A stretch of 64,000 bases of DNA from assembly GCA_030595325.1 (NCBI GenBank), contig JAUVDN010000002.1, positions 705 to 64,704 on the forward strand. Reading direction: 5' to 3'. Positions 40,153 to 50,563 of the stretch are shown piece after piece; positions within the stretch are counted from its first letter, which is position 1, and each line of letters starts with the position of its first letter. The DNA comes from Gammaproteobacteria bacterium (GTDB lineage Bacteria; Pseudomonadota; Gammaproteobacteria; SZUA-229). Both the position numbers and the translations under genes were made by a program. The notes beneath the pieces are model-generated. The model was given only the letters and a program-made list of their open reading frames with translations. It was not told the DNA's origin and searched no databases.

Positions 40153-40884
40153 ATGAATGAGTTATTGTTAGGCGTAAATATTGACCATGTAGCAACGTTA
40201 AGGCAGGCCAGAGGTACGCGTTACCCCGATCCAGTTCACGCGGCACTGCAAGTTGAGCAGGCCGGTGCAGACAGCATAACTTTGCATCTTCGTGAAGATC
40301 GTCGCCACATTCAGGATAGAGATGTATACCTGTTAAAAGAGCGCATGCTGACACGTATGAATCTTGAGATGGCGGTTACCGACGAAATGGTAAAGATTGC
40401 CTGTGATGTGAAGCCAGAAGACTGCTGCCTGGTTCCAGAGAAACGCGAAGAGCTGACAACAGAAGGTGGTCTGGATGTTATTCGTTACGAAGCATCGATA
40501 ACAGATGCCTGTGTACAACTGGCTGATGCTGGGATTAAGGTTTCATTGTTTATTGACGCCGATCTAAAACAGATTGATGCGGCGAAGCGGACAGGTGCAC
40601 CTGTTATCGAAATTCATACCGGGCATTACGCCGATGCAGAAAATCATGCCACGCAGCAGCAACTGCTTAACGACATTATCGTGTCGAGTGAACATGCAGA
40701 TAATATCGGCTTACAAGTTAATGCCGGGCATGGTTTGAACAGGCAGAATATTCATGCGATTGCAGGACTGCAAGTTATACGGGAATTAAATATTGGTCAC
40801 GCGATTATTGCAGATAGTGTGTTTATGGGGCTTGATAAAACCATACGTGAATATAAAAAATTAATGTTTGATGCTAGGAGTTAA
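40153..40884 (+). CDS. pdxJ: Pyridoxine 5'-phosphate synthase
   Basis: [27 protein letters not shown]...HLREDRRHI is near-identical in pattern to E. coli PdxJ. ATG at 40153 is preferred to the GTG at 40147. Confidence 0.92.
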   Translation: MNELLLGVNIDHVATLRQARGTRYPDPVHAALQVEQAGADSITLHLREDRRHIQDRDVYLLKERMLTRMNLEMAVTDEMVKIACDVKPEDCCLVPEKREELTTEGGLDVIRYEASITDACVQLADAGIKVSLFIDADLKQIDAAKRTGAPVIEIHTGHYADAENHATQQQLLNDIIVSSEHADNIGLQVNAGHGLNRQNIHAIAGLQVIRELNIGHAIIADSVFMGLDKTIREYKKLMFDARS

Positions 40885-40900
40885 TGATCGCTTGCTTGCT

Positions 40901-40936
40901 GTGTCACCTAGATGTGTCACTTAGATGTGTCTCTAG
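40901..40936. repeat. 13-nt tandem repeat, about 2.7 copies (GTGTCACYTAGAT), between convergent pdxJ and the kinase gene
   Basis: gtgtcacctagat (40901-40913), gtgtcacttagat (40914-40926), gtgtctctag... (40927-). The last copy overlaps the kinase stop codon. Confidence 0.65.
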
Positions 40937-43710
40937 GGTAAATCTTCAGCTTGCTCATTATTAATTTTAAAATGGGCTACATTTTGAATTGCGTTTAGTA
41001 ATAACGGGATTTCTTTTTCATTATCAAATTTTATATTCTGCATTAAAAAATTTTCTATGCGACTGCTGACCTCCTTCAATTCTGTGGTTCCACAACACCG
41101 GCTGGCACCATGTAATTTATGCACCTGATTACGTAGCTCGGTAAGGTCATTGTTGTCTGCAGCAGAAATGATAGCCTTTCTGTAATTGTCCAGCTCTGCT
41201 CTAAGCATGCCAAACAATTCATAGGCCAGTTCCTTATTATTACCGGTGAATTCTTTTGCGAGTTCGATTGAAAATATTGAGTTTTCAATAATTTCTGCGC
41301 TCTCATTGTTATTAACTTCTAAAGATTTACTTGTATTTATCGGTTCTTTTAATACCCATTGTTCAATAACCTTTTGGAATATGTTGTCATTGACGGGTTT
41401 TATCAATATGCCATTCATTCCAGATTGAATAACTTTTTCTTTCTCCTGTGGCATCGCATTTGCAGTTAGTGCAATTATTACGGGCTGGTTACCCGGTGTG
41501 GTTTCACGAATTTTTTGTGTTGTCTCGTAGCCGTCTAATCCAGGCATATGCAGGTCCATAAAAATCAAATCATATGAGTTCAGGTTTGCAAAGTTGATGG
41601 CTTGAGCACCGGAATGAGCGGTTGTCACTCGTGCTTTATGTTTGTGCAATATGATTTCTGCTAAGCGCAAATTAACATCGTTATCATCGACGATCATGAT
41701 GTTAATATTTGACCAGTTGTTAGAAGTATCGCTTACCTCATTGCTGGTATCTATGCCAGACTCTTCAGTTTCTTTATCAAGTGAGTTGATGAGTTTTTGT
41801 TTGATGATTTCAACTTTTTCAGAGGTGAATGCGGCATTATTGAAAAGGTGCTGATGTAGATTTCTTAATTCACTGTGTGAGCGTGTGCTGGCAACCAAAA
41901 GTGATGGTTTGGTTAAGCTGAACTCGCCTATATGAGTAGTTGTTATACTGTTTATTTCTTTACTGCTTACAAACGTGACGATGATGTCGTTTTCACTTTC
42001 AATTTCTGCAAGATTTTGCATATTGTCTAGAGAATAGTTATTTACTGTACATCCCCAACTGTTAAATAATGTTTTATATGTCTGCTGTGCAATGAAGTGA
42101 TTGCTGATAAAGGCGACATTTTTTCCATATAGTTCCGAATTTTTCTTTTCAGAAATTTCACCTTTAATCGGTACGCTGAACCAGAAGGTAGAGCCTTCGC
42201 CTTCGGTACTGTCGAAACCAATTTCACCATGCATCAGCATGGTAAGTTTTCTTGAGATTACCAGACCTAGTCCTGTGCCGCCAAAACGTCGTGTAATGCT
42301 GGTGTCGGCTTGGGTAAAAGCTTTGAATAGTCTCTTTTTAACCGTACTGCTCATGCCGAGTCCGGTATCAGAGACGGTGAATTTAATACTGTTTTCGGTG
42401 TTGCCGAGTTCACCTTTGGCTACTTGTAAGTATACATAGCCGCTATCGGTAAATTTTATTGAATTGCCAATAAGATTAGTAATAATCTGGTGGATTCTAA
42501 ATGGATCGGAATGAATGATTGTCGGGACATTAGCTTCAATGCGGTAAAACAGTTCAATATTTTTCTCTAATGCACTGGTGCTAAGAAGATTGATGATGTC
42601 CTCGATAATATCGATTAAATTAAACTGGCTGGTAGCTATCTCAGTTTTACCGGCTTCAATTTTTGAGAGATCAAGGACATCATTAATAATTGCTAATAAA
42701 TGTTTTGAAGACTTATGAATGGTGCTCGAGTAATCTTTTTGTTGTGATGAAAGTTTTGTGTCTTGAAGCAACTCAGTAAATCCGATGATCCCGCTGAGAG
42801 GGGTTCTTATCTCATGACTCATGTTAGCTAGAAACTCTGATTTGGCATTATTGGCATAGATAGCTTTAGATCGAGTGATATCCAGTTCTGCGTTTCTTAT
42901 CTCTAATTCTTCGAGTGTTTGCTGTAACTCTTCTGTGTAAACATTTAACTGGGTTTCCATGTCTGTGCGCGAATCTTTTAATTCGATTCTCATGTGATTA
43001 ATGCAGGACTCTAGAATGCCGAGGTCACCAGTAGAATTACGGTCTATCTGAGTGTCTAAATCACCTGCTGATATATTTCTGACGGTATGTGTCAGGGATT
43101 TTATCGGTTTTGTGATATAGCTGCTGATTCGCAAAGTAACCAGTGTTGTTAATAGTAGCAGAGCTAGAGTTATCAATGTGCTGTGTTCTATCTGTTCTAT
43201 TTTTTTTTCAGTGGCATGCTGAGTGGAAATAGTAATGATAACTTTTCCAATCTCATTTGTTGTATTGCTAATCGAAGATCTGTTTGCAAGATTGTTATTG
43301 CCTGGATCTACTTCCACATGTTCTGTGATAATGGGCTCACTGAAAATAAGAGTGTTTTTATTACTAAATAACACTTTCAGTATGGAGTCATTTTTTTCCT
43401 CGAATTTTTCAGGAGAGCTTATGTCCAGGATGTTGTTGTAATACTTATCAAGTATTTGAATGCGGAGGACAGGATTGTTTTTTATGATAGTGGCAACTAA
43501 GGGTTCGATTAGCTCCGTATTGCCTGAGTAAACTGCGTATTCTGCAGCTGGAGATAACTGTTTTGCAATGAGGGTGCCGTTTTTATTAAGAGAATCTGAT
43601 ATGAAATCGAACTGATCCCAGATGTAATGTGTTGACAAGATGCTGGCAACGACGAGTGCGGGCAGAACTGCAATGATGATTATCTGTTTGTTTATACTTA
43701 GTCGTATCAT
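40933..43710 (-). CDS. Hybrid sensor histidine kinase (TM-sensor-TM-HAMP-HisKA-HATPase-REC-Hpt)
   Basis: H-box SHEIRTPL, N/G boxes (NLIGNSIKFT, DTGLGM, GGTGLGL), receiver (IMIVDDNDVNLR...DLHMPGLDG) and Hpt (HKLHGASRCCG). Confidence 0.9.
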   Translation of the reverse strand: MIRLSINKQIIIIAVLPALVVASILSTHYIWDQFDFISDSLNKNGTLIAKQLSPAAEYAVYSGNTELIEPLVATIIKNNPVLRIQILDKYYNNILDISSPEKFEEKNDSILKVLFSNKNTLIFSEPIITEHVEVDPGNNNLANRSSISNTTNEIGKVIITISTQHATEKKIEQIEHSTLITLALLLLTTLVTLRISSYITKPIKSLTHTVRNISAGDLDTQIDRNSTGDLGILESCINHMRIELKDSRTDMETQLNVYTEELQQTLEELEIRNAELDITRSKAIYANNAKSEFLANMSHEIRTPLSGIIGFTELLQDTKLSSQQKDYSSTIHKSSKHLLAIINDVLDLSKIEAGKTEIATSQFNLIDIIEDIINLLSTSALEKNIELFYRIEANVPTIIHSDPFRIHQIITNLIGNSIKFTDSGYVYLQVAKGELGNTENSIKFTVSDTGLGMSSTVKKRLFKAFTQADTSITRRFGGTGLGLVISRKLTMLMHGEIGFDSTEGEGSTFWFSVPIKGEISEKKNSELYGKNVAFISNHFIAQQTYKTLFNSWGCTVNNYSLDNMQNLAEIESENDIIVTFVSSKEINSITTTHIGEFSLTKPSLLVASTRSHSELRNLHQHLFNNAAFTSEKVEIIKQKLINSLDKETEESGIDTSNEVSDTSNNWSNINIMIVDDNDVNLRLAEIILHKHKARVTTAHSGAQAINFANLNSYDLIFMDLHMPGLDGYETTQKIRETTPGNQPVIIALTANAMPQEKEKVIQSGMNGILIKPVNDNIFQKVIEQWVLKEPINTSKSLEVNNNESAEIIENSIFSIELAKEFTGNNKELAYELFGMLRAELDNYRKAIISAADNNDLTELRNQVHKLHGASRCCGTTELKEVSSRIENFLMQNIKFDNEKEIPLLLNAIQNVAHFKINNEQAEDLP

Positions 43711-44723
43711 AGCGACTCGTCTAGTTTTATTATTCCGGCTTGCATGATATCGTTTTTCAATTTATCGATATCCGGAATGTTAATATTTAATGCTCTGGAA
43801 ACCTGTTTATTGATATTTATATCAAAATAATCCGGGTAATTAATTTGTTTTGAAAATTGGTTTCCAGTGTCGAAGTATTGCTTTATGAGTTTGACTGCGC
43901 TCTGTGCAATTTGCTCTGTATTGCTATTCACCGAAGCGAGTGCGCCAGCATTTACAAAATTCTTTGAGAATCCTATAACGGGTTTTCTGAATCGATAACT
44001 GGTCAGCAAGATATTTTTTATATTTTTTCTGTTGTAGATAGTGCTGTCAGGGTGAGCGAGCAAAACATCTGAGTGGTTTAGCGCATGTTTTATTTTAGCT
44101 GTCAGGTTCTCATTAACTGTCGTACTTATTATGTATGTTTTAATATCATATCTGTTGGCGCATTGTTGTATTGTTTTGGTATCAACAGGTTTGCTCTGGC
44201 TGTTTAGAATGCTGATGGTTTTCCAGTCTTGACTGAAATGTTTGATAAATCCTATCTGTCTGCAAAAGGGTTGAGTCATGTACAGGATGGCGTCGTTTTT
44301 ATTTCGACTTTTGTCTAGTTTGTATTTATGAGGATTAGTAGAGATAAATAATTTTTTTATTTCAGGGTATTTCTTATCGGCACTAAGTATTCCGTCTAGC
44401 CCGATGCCAATTATTATATCGGTCTTACTGTCTACAGCATCTATTGTATCTTCAGGTCGTACTTCGGAAGCAACCACGTTTGCACTTTTAAGATTTGAAT
44501 CATTTAATATATTACTGATGATGCTTCTGTGATAAGGATTGCCTGATGATGAAAGAATGAATACATTATGTGTTAGCGGCTTCTTTTCATCTGTGGCTGT
44601 ATTATTACCCTGGACGTCAGCATGTATATTCTGCGGAAGAATTGTGACAAGCAACAGGAGACAACTAAACAAGCGGAATAACTTGTTTAGTTGAAGAACT
44701 CCTTGTTCACTAATGCGTATCAT
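43707..44723 (-). CDS. Periplasmic solute-binding-like protein (ABC substrate-binding fold), kinase-associated
   Basis: Signal peptide. Size and alternating beta-alpha pattern are consistent with a type I periplasmic binding fold. 4-nt overlap with the kinase start. The family assignment is tentative. Confidence 0.5.
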   Translation of the reverse strand: MIRISEQGVLQLNKLFRLFSCLLLLVTILPQNIHADVQGNNTATDEKKPLTHNVFILSSSGNPYHRSIISNILNDSNLKSANVVASEVRPEDTIDAVDSKTDIIIGIGLDGILSADKKYPEIKKLFISTNPHKYKLDKSRNKNDAILYMTQPFCRQIGFIKHFSQDWKTISILNSQSKPVDTKTIQQCANRYDIKTYIISTTVNENLTAKIKHALNHSDVLLAHPDSTIYNRKNIKNILLTSYRFRKPVIGFSKNFVNAGALASVNSNTEQIAQSAVKLIKQYFDTGNQFSKQINYPDYFDININKQVSRALNINIPDIDKLKNDIMQAGIIKLDESL

Positions 44724-44740
44724 ATTTAATAATCTAATGA

Positions 44741-46831
44741 TTAAAAGTTCAGTCTGAAATCCAGATAAGCCAGTGTCGTATGGATTACATTTGGTGCAGT
44801 GTTGCTACTGGGGGTCTCCTGATAGTCGCTATAATCATCGAGCAAGTTTCTTAAGATGAGGGAAATGCTTCCATTGCTTTTATTAAAACGAAGGTTTCTT
44901 GATAGTTTTAAATCCAGAGTGCTGTAATCATCAGTGCCGCCACGTGAATCGGTCCATTTAAATGCTTCAACATAGTAATAGGCAATACTGCCACTATAAT
45001 TTTCATTGAACTGTTTGCTAGTTAAAAACGAAAAGCTATGTTGCGGCGCAGACGTTGCGATTGAAGTATTGTTACTATTCAAGTTAATGATAGCGCCGCT
45101 TGCTATTGCCCTCAGTGTCCTGTCAATACGGTAATCCAGCTCTAACTCTAAACCAGTAGTTGTACTTTCAATTTCATTTTGAAAGACTCTGACTGTGTTA
45201 CCTTTGCTAGGGTCGGTAAGATCATTTGGTACGTTGTCTTGATCATTAAATGCAGTAGCGTCCTCTTGGACGGTATCGATGAAGTCATTGATATCATCAT
45301 GAAACAGTCTGGCATTAAATAATAATGAAGAATTTAGGTAGTTACCAAAGTAAGCGATTTCTCGACTGATTATGCGTTCATTTGTTAGACCTAAACCTGA
45401 GTTGAGACCACCAATAAATGGCTGATCAACTAAGGTAATTATTGTAGGCGGACTTAGAAGTGTTGCTTCCTTTGTGTAGACCCTGTCAGCTTTTGCTTCA
45501 AAAATAAATGGGCTGCGTATAGCCTGGCTGATGCCTAATCGAACACTGTGTTGTTGATTAAAGCTATGCGTATAGGAGATTCGCGGTGAAATTTCAGTAT
45601 CAGTAAAGTCGTTTTTTTCTACCAGAGCACCGATATTAATGATGTTACTCTGATTGATGTGCCATTCGCCATTAGCAAATGCGCGGTACTGATTGTTGGT
45701 TACATCGTCATCGGTGCCTAGGTAGAGCGGTGCTTCAACGATATCTGCCTGCGCGCTTAATCCCCAGACTATTTTAAGTGAATCAATTGGATTGAAAAAA
45801 TGTGTGAGTTCTAGGTTATGACGTTCGGCTTTAATGCTGTCGTTGAAGTCGAGGTCGAATGTATCAAAGCCAGAAATGGCTATGTCATTGATTCGGTATT
45901 GATCATCTTTGTCGTTAAGGTTGTAATAATATTGCAGTTGTATAGTGTTATCCTGATTTATGGATCTTTCCCATTTGATGAACTGGAATAGACTAATATT
46001 CTCTACCGTTCGTGCTGATGGGATTAGGCCGTCATAGTTTTGATCTGTATCTTGCTTGTTTATGCCGTAGCCGCCCTGGTATGAAAGTGAGCTGTTATTG
46101 TCTATCTGGTAATCGAGGCGGTAGTCAATATTGTTACTCATCACGTCATCGGGGTAGTCAAAGCTGTTGTCGCTATTGAGGCCTGAGTCGTTATAACTCG
46201 ACCCTGTGATTCGATAATCTAGCTTTCCGTTACTGCCGCCATAACGGTAGGTAAGGTCAGCTATATCATTATTGCCAATATTAGACTGTACGTACGAACC
46301 CTGATCTTCAGCGGCAGTTCGAGTGATGATGTTAATTGCTGCCTGAAAACTGTTGGAGCCGTAGGTGGCAACGTTGGGTCCGCGGGAAACCTCAATACGC
46401 TCGATGTCGTTTATATTAACCGGTACTGCTTTCCAGTTGATGCCGCCTAAGAATGGGTCATAGACAGAACGGCCATCGATTAGTACCTGCATCTGTTTGG
46501 AAAATTCATCGCTGTGACCGTGATAGGCAACGACATATTTAGGTTCTGAACCAAATTCGTTGCCGCTGTAACCCACCTGCATGCCGGGAACAAGGCGTAA
46601 GACTTCGGGGATATTTCTAGCGCCGGATGCTTCGATAGTTTCACGGTCGATAACTGTAATGCTTACCGCGGCATCAGCAATCGGTTGCTCAAGGCGGTTA
46701 GCAGAGAGAACGATGGGCATGTCGAAAAATAGCTCATCTTCTGATGCGTATGCCGATATGGAGCTAAGTGATAGCGAAAAACCGAGTAGGTAATTAATAA
46801 ATCGGTAATTAATTCTTGGCATGAATTTCAC
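44741..46831 (-). CDS. TonB-dependent outer-membrane receptor
   Basis: Signal peptide, plug-domain motifs (ITVIDRETIEASGARNIPEVLRLVPGMQV; IERIEVSRGPNVATYGSNSFQAAINIIT), and a C-terminal aromatic residue (...FRLNF). Confidence 0.9.
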   Translation of the reverse strand: MKFMPRINYRFINYLLGFSLSLSSISAYASEDELFFDMPIVLSANRLEQPIADAAVSITVIDRETIEASGARNIPEVLRLVPGMQVGYSGNEFGSEPKYVVAYHGHSDEFSKQMQVLIDGRSVYDPFLGGINWKAVPVNINDIERIEVSRGPNVATYGSNSFQAAINIITRTAAEDQGSYVQSNIGNNDIADLTYRYGGSNGKLDYRITGSSYNDSGLNSDNSFDYPDDVMSNNIDYRLDYQIDNNSSLSYQGGYGINKQDTDQNYDGLIPSARTVENISLFQFIKWERSINQDNTIQLQYYYNLNDKDDQYRINDIAISGFDTFDLDFNDSIKAERHNLELTHFFNPIDSLKIVWGLSAQADIVEAPLYLGTDDDVTNNQYRAFANGEWHINQSNIINIGALVEKNDFTDTEISPRISYTHSFNQQHSVRLGISQAIRSPFIFEAKADRVYTKEATLLSPPTIITLVDQPFIGGLNSGLGLTNERIISREIAYFGNYLNSSLLFNARLFHDDINDFIDTVQEDATAFNDQDNVPNDLTDPSKGNTVRVFQNEIESTTTGLELELDYRIDRTLRAIASGAIINLNSNNTSIATSAPQHSFSFLTSKQFNENYSGSIAYYYVEAFKWTDSRGGTDDYSTLDLKLSRNLRFNKSNGSISLILRNLLDDYSDYQETPSSNTAPNVIHTTLAYLDFRLNF

Positions 46832-46939
46832 AATAAGTATTATTTAGATAAAGAGGTAAGTGGGATTTAAGGTAATATATCGACACAGGTTACAGTAACA
46901 TAATCAGTATCACTGATTAAAAAAAATTATAGCAAAATA

Positions 46940-47839
46940 ATGAATGAAATGAAGTTCTTAACGCTTGCCGATACCATCGGAAACACACCTTTAGTCTGCT
47001 TGCAGCGCATGCTGCCAAACAGCTCAAATAGTATCCTGCTGAAACTGGAAGGTAATAATCCTGCCGGCTCAGTAAAAGATCGTCCTGCTCTAAACATGAT
47101 TACTCAGGCGCAAAATCGTGGTGATATTAAACCAGGTGATACCCTGATTGAAGCGACCAGTGGTAACACGGGTATAGCGCTTGCTATGGCAGCGGCGGTA
47201 ATGGGTTATCGAATGATATTGATCATGCCAGACAATATGAGTGAGGAGCGCCGGGCAGCGATGAAAGCATACGGCGCTGAATTAATCTCTGTGACACAAG
47301 AACAGAGTATGGAGGGCGCTCGTGACCTGGCATTGCAGATGCAGGATGACGGCAAAGGTACAGTATTGGATCAATTTAATAATCCAGACAACCCTGATTC
47401 GCATTATCTATCTACAGGGCCGGAAATCTGGCAACAGACGGGCGGTGAGGTAACGCATTTTGTCAGTGCAATGGGTACTACGGGTACCATCATGGGCGTC
47501 TCACGTTATTTAAAAGAGCAGAATCCGGCGATACAGATTGTCGGCGTGCAGCCTGAAGAAGGATCAAGAATACCGGGCATACGCCGTTGGCCTGAAGCAT
47601 ATATGCCCGGTATCTTTGATGCCGCCGGTGTCGATCTAACGTTGGATGTTAATCAGCAGGAAGCCGAGGAAACAACACGGTTACTGGCGGCAAAAGAAGG
47701 CTTGTTCTGTGGCGTCTCATCAGGTGGCGCTTGTGCGGCGGCATTAAAACTTAGTCAGCAGGTTGAGGATGCCATTATTGTATCGATAGTCTGTGACCGA
47801 GGTGACCGATATCTTTCTACGGGTGTTTTTCCCGGCTGA
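46940..47839 (+). CDS. cysM: Cysteine synthase B
   Basis: IGNTPLV, the PLP-lysine context NPAGSVKDR, GNTGIALA, and about 299 aa. The cysM-rlmD order matches P. aeruginosa. Confidence 0.82.
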   Translation: MNEMKFLTLADTIGNTPLVCLQRMLPNSSNSILLKLEGNNPAGSVKDRPALNMITQAQNRGDIKPGDTLIEATSGNTGIALAMAAAVMGYRMILIMPDNMSEERRAAMKAYGAELISVTQEQSMEGARDLALQMQDDGKGTVLDQFNNPDNPDSHYLSTGPEIWQQTGGEVTHFVSAMGTTGTIMGVSRYLKEQNPAIQIVGVQPEEGSRIPGIRRWPEAYMPGIFDAAGVDLTLDVNQQEAEETTRLLAAKEGLFCGVSSGGACAAALKLSQQVEDAIIVSIVCDRGDRYLSTGVFPG

Positions 47840-47921
47840 TAGTGTGAAATTCACCGTTTATCTATAAAATTTTCTTAGCATTACTTTAAAGAATGTAAGA
47901 GCAAAAATTCAGAGTAAAAAT

Positions 47922-49292
47922 ATGTCCACTAAAAGAGGAAGGCGACGTAAAAAACGTTTGCCCGAAGAACTTGTTGAAGTTGAAATTACTGCCATGTCGA
48001 GCGAGGGCAGAGGTATCGCCCATGTTAATGAGCGCACCGTATTTATCGATCAGGCACTTTTGGGCGAACGTGTTTTATTCAAATATACTCGCTTGACTAG
48101 CAAAATTGCGGAGGGTGGAGCAGTAGAAGTATTGCAGGCATCGGATTTGCGCGTTGAGCCTAAGTGCGATGCTTTTAAGATGTGTGGTGGCTGTAGTCTG
48201 CAGCACATGTCATCTACTGCACAAATTGAGCTTAAGCAAGCAATGTTACTGGACCAGCTAAAGCACAACGAAGTGTCGCCTGAGTCAGTGCTGCCGCCCT
48301 TGCTAGGCCCAGAATACGGCTACCGAACTAAAGCACGGCTGGGTGTTCGCTACGTACACAAAAAAGAAAAAGTACTGGTTGGCTTTCGTGAACGTAACGC
48401 ATCTTTCATCACAGAGACCACACGCTGTGAAGTTTTGCATGCTTCAGTGGGTGAGATTATTGACGACCTCGCGCAATGTATAAATCAGATGGAAGCAAAG
48501 CGTAGTATTGCGCAGATTGAAGTTGCAGTGGGTGATAACCAAACAGTATTAGTGTTTCGTCACCTGGAAGATTTGTCTGATGGTGACAGAAAAATTCTGA
48601 CTGAATGCTGTGATGCACATTCGCTAGTCTGTTATCTACAGGCAGGTAAACCGGATGATCTGGAATTACTTACGCCGAAGCAGGCTGAAACACTTTACTA
48701 TTATCTGCCGACACATGATGCATCTAATGGTGAGGCAGCAAAGAAAGATTTGAAAATTGAATTTCAGCCCTCTGACTTTACCCAGGTTAATCCTGAGATA
48801 AATAAACAGATGGTTCTGAATGCGATCGATTATCTTGATCTAAAAGAATCCGATGTGGTGCTGGATCTGTTCAGTGGTCTCGGCAATTTTTCACTGGCGA
48901 TGGCGCGACACTGTCAGCAAGTAACAGCAGTTGAAGGCTCGTTGGTGATGGTGAAAAAAGCGCGTGACAATGCAGTGTTAAATGATGTCAATAATGCTGA
49001 ATTTATTTTTGCAGATTTATACAGTGATGAAATTTTATCTGCACCTTGGTTAAAGAAGAAATACGATAAAATTTTATTGGATCCACCTCGCTCAGGTGCG
49101 GCAGAAATATTACCAGCATTGAAAAAAATGCAGGCTTCAAGAATTGTTTATGTCTCCTGCCATCCAGCGACTCTGGCACGCGATGCTGCTGTACTGGTTA
49201 ACGATTTAGGTTATAAGTTAAAGCAGGCGGGCATAATGAATATGTTTCCACATACCGGGCATGTTGAATCGATTGCGGTATTTGAAAGGTAA
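47922..49292 (+). CDS. rlmD: 23S rRNA (uracil1939-C5)-methyltransferase
   Basis: N-terminal TRAM domain, Fe-S cysteines (CDAFKMCGGCSLQH), SAM motif (VLDLFSGLGNFSL) and C-terminal catalytic YVSCHPATLARD. Confidence 0.88.
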   Translation: MSTKRGRRRKKRLPEELVEVEITAMSSEGRGIAHVNERTVFIDQALLGERVLFKYTRLTSKIAEGGAVEVLQASDLRVEPKCDAFKMCGGCSLQHMSSTAQIELKQAMLLDQLKHNEVSPESVLPPLLGPEYGYRTKARLGVRYVHKKEKVLVGFRERNASFITETTRCEVLHASVGEIIDDLAQCINQMEAKRSIAQIEVAVGDNQTVLVFRHLEDLSDGDRKILTECCDAHSLVCYLQAGKPDDLELLTPKQAETLYYYLPTHDASNGEAAKKDLKIEFQPSDFTQVNPEINKQMVLNAIDYLDLKESDVVLDLFSGLGNFSLAMARHCQQVTAVEGSLVMVKKARDNAVLNDVNNAEFIFADLYSDEILSAPWLKKKYDKILLDPPRSGAAEILPALKKMQASRIVYVSCHPATLARDAAVLVNDLGYKLKQAGIMNMFPHTGHVESIAVFER

Positions 49293-49691
49293 AGGTTTGT
49301 TTTGTTGTAGTTAGGTAACAATATAAGCCTTATTGTCGAAAATGCTTACAAAAAATTACTTGTAAATTCAATCTAAAAATAACTCTCGTTGTATATCTAA
49401 ACCTGGCGCGTGCAGAATGGTTTTACGGACGTAGAAAGAAAACTGTTTGCGCTATTCTGGACGGACTTGAGATTGATGAACAACACATCGGTCTGTTGCA
49501 GATTCATGAAGACCTTGGTGTGCGCGCTCATCAGCCTATTCCTTTCTTGAGTCGTACAAACAAACTGAATGCATGGGTTGGCATGTTGTTGCGCAAGTAA
49601 GATAGCCTCTGGGATGGTAATTATCCGTTCCGGTTCTAATATTAACTTTGCCCTGCTTATATTTTAACTCTAAATTTTAAACATAAAATAT

Positions 49692-49740
49692 AGATACAAA
49701 TTTTAGATATTAATTTTAGATATAAATTTTAGATATAAAG
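49692..49740. repeat. 13-nt tandem repeat, about 3.8 copies (AGATAYWAATTTT)
   Basis: agatacaaatttt / agatattaatttt / agatataaatttt / agatataaag, starting at 49692, 49705, 49718 and 49731. Confidence 0.85.
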
Positions 49741-49798
49741 CAATCAACAAAAATATTAGACAAACTGTCTCAGTATAAACCTGAAGCGTTTCAGGTAA

Positions 49799-50509
49799 TC
49801 AGCTCAGCAAGAACCCCATCTTTACGCCGGCAACTTCAATCACGTCACCATCGGCTAACGGGTGTTGTTTACCAATCTCGGTGTCATTGACCAGTGGCAT
49901 CTTTTTATCTTTTCCTGCATCAACTACGATAAGGAAATAACCTTTAGGTCGGCGTGTGATGGCCGCTACTTGAACGCCGGGTCTGCCTAGCGTGGTTAAT
50001 ATCTTCGTCAGCTGTAATTCTTTACCTGTATTGGCGCCAGACATGAGTTTAAGTTTTGCTGGTCCAGGACCGCTTGTTGAGGTGCCAGCAGAGGCGAGGT
50101 CAGCAGCAATTTTGCCAATAGATTTTTCTAGGTCTTTGTCGGCTTCTTCGGTTACCGGCATGCCCTTGGCATCCGGACGTATAATCATGGTTTTTTCGAA
50201 TTCACTCTCGCCATCGTCAGCGTTGGCATTTTCATACTTAAGCTCGTGTTTGCCTATGACGATGCTGTCACCATTTTGCAGAGCATGTTTGGTGATTTTG
50301 CTGCCGGCTATAAAGGTACCATTGGTGCTTCCCAGATCTTCGATGAACGAATCATTTAAGATGGTAAGAATTTTCGCGTGATTACCACTGACGGCAAGAT
50401 TGTCGATATGGATGTCGTTATCAGGTTTGCGCCCGATAGTTAGAATCTCTTTATCAAGTTCGAATTCTTTTACAAAGTCGCCGTTAAAGCTGAGTACTAG
50501 TTTAGCCAT
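49799..50509 (-). CDS. FHA-domain protein (N-terminal canonical FHA, C-terminal FHA-like module)
   Basis: LTIGRKPDNDIHIDNLAVSGNHAKI...GSTNGTFIAG is the canonical FHA motif set. The C-terminal half (TTLGRPGVQVAAI...VNDTEI...DGDVIEVAG) looks like a degenerate second copy. Confidence 0.8.
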   Translation of the reverse strand: MAKLVLSFNGDFVKEFELDKEILTIGRKPDNDIHIDNLAVSGNHAKILTILNDSFIEDLGSTNGTFIAGSKITKHALQNGDSIVIGKHELKYENANADDGESEFEKTMIIRPDAKGMPVTEEADKDLEKSIGKIAADLASAGTSTSGPGPAKLKLMSGANTGKELQLTKILTTLGRPGVQVAAITRRPKGYFLIVVDAGKDKKMPLVNDTEIGKQHPLADGDVIEVAGVKMGFLLS

Positions 50510-50563
50510 GGTGATTCCTTACAATACATTTTGTATGTATTTTTTATTATAAATGTTTCTATA

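Noticed and set aside
46832-46939. Cobalamin or other riboswitch upstream of the TonB-dependent receptor
   Set aside because: Only 108 nt of AT-rich leader is shared with the divergent cysM promoter. This is too short for a cobalamin riboswitch, and it lacks any conserved riboswitch core that I could recognise.
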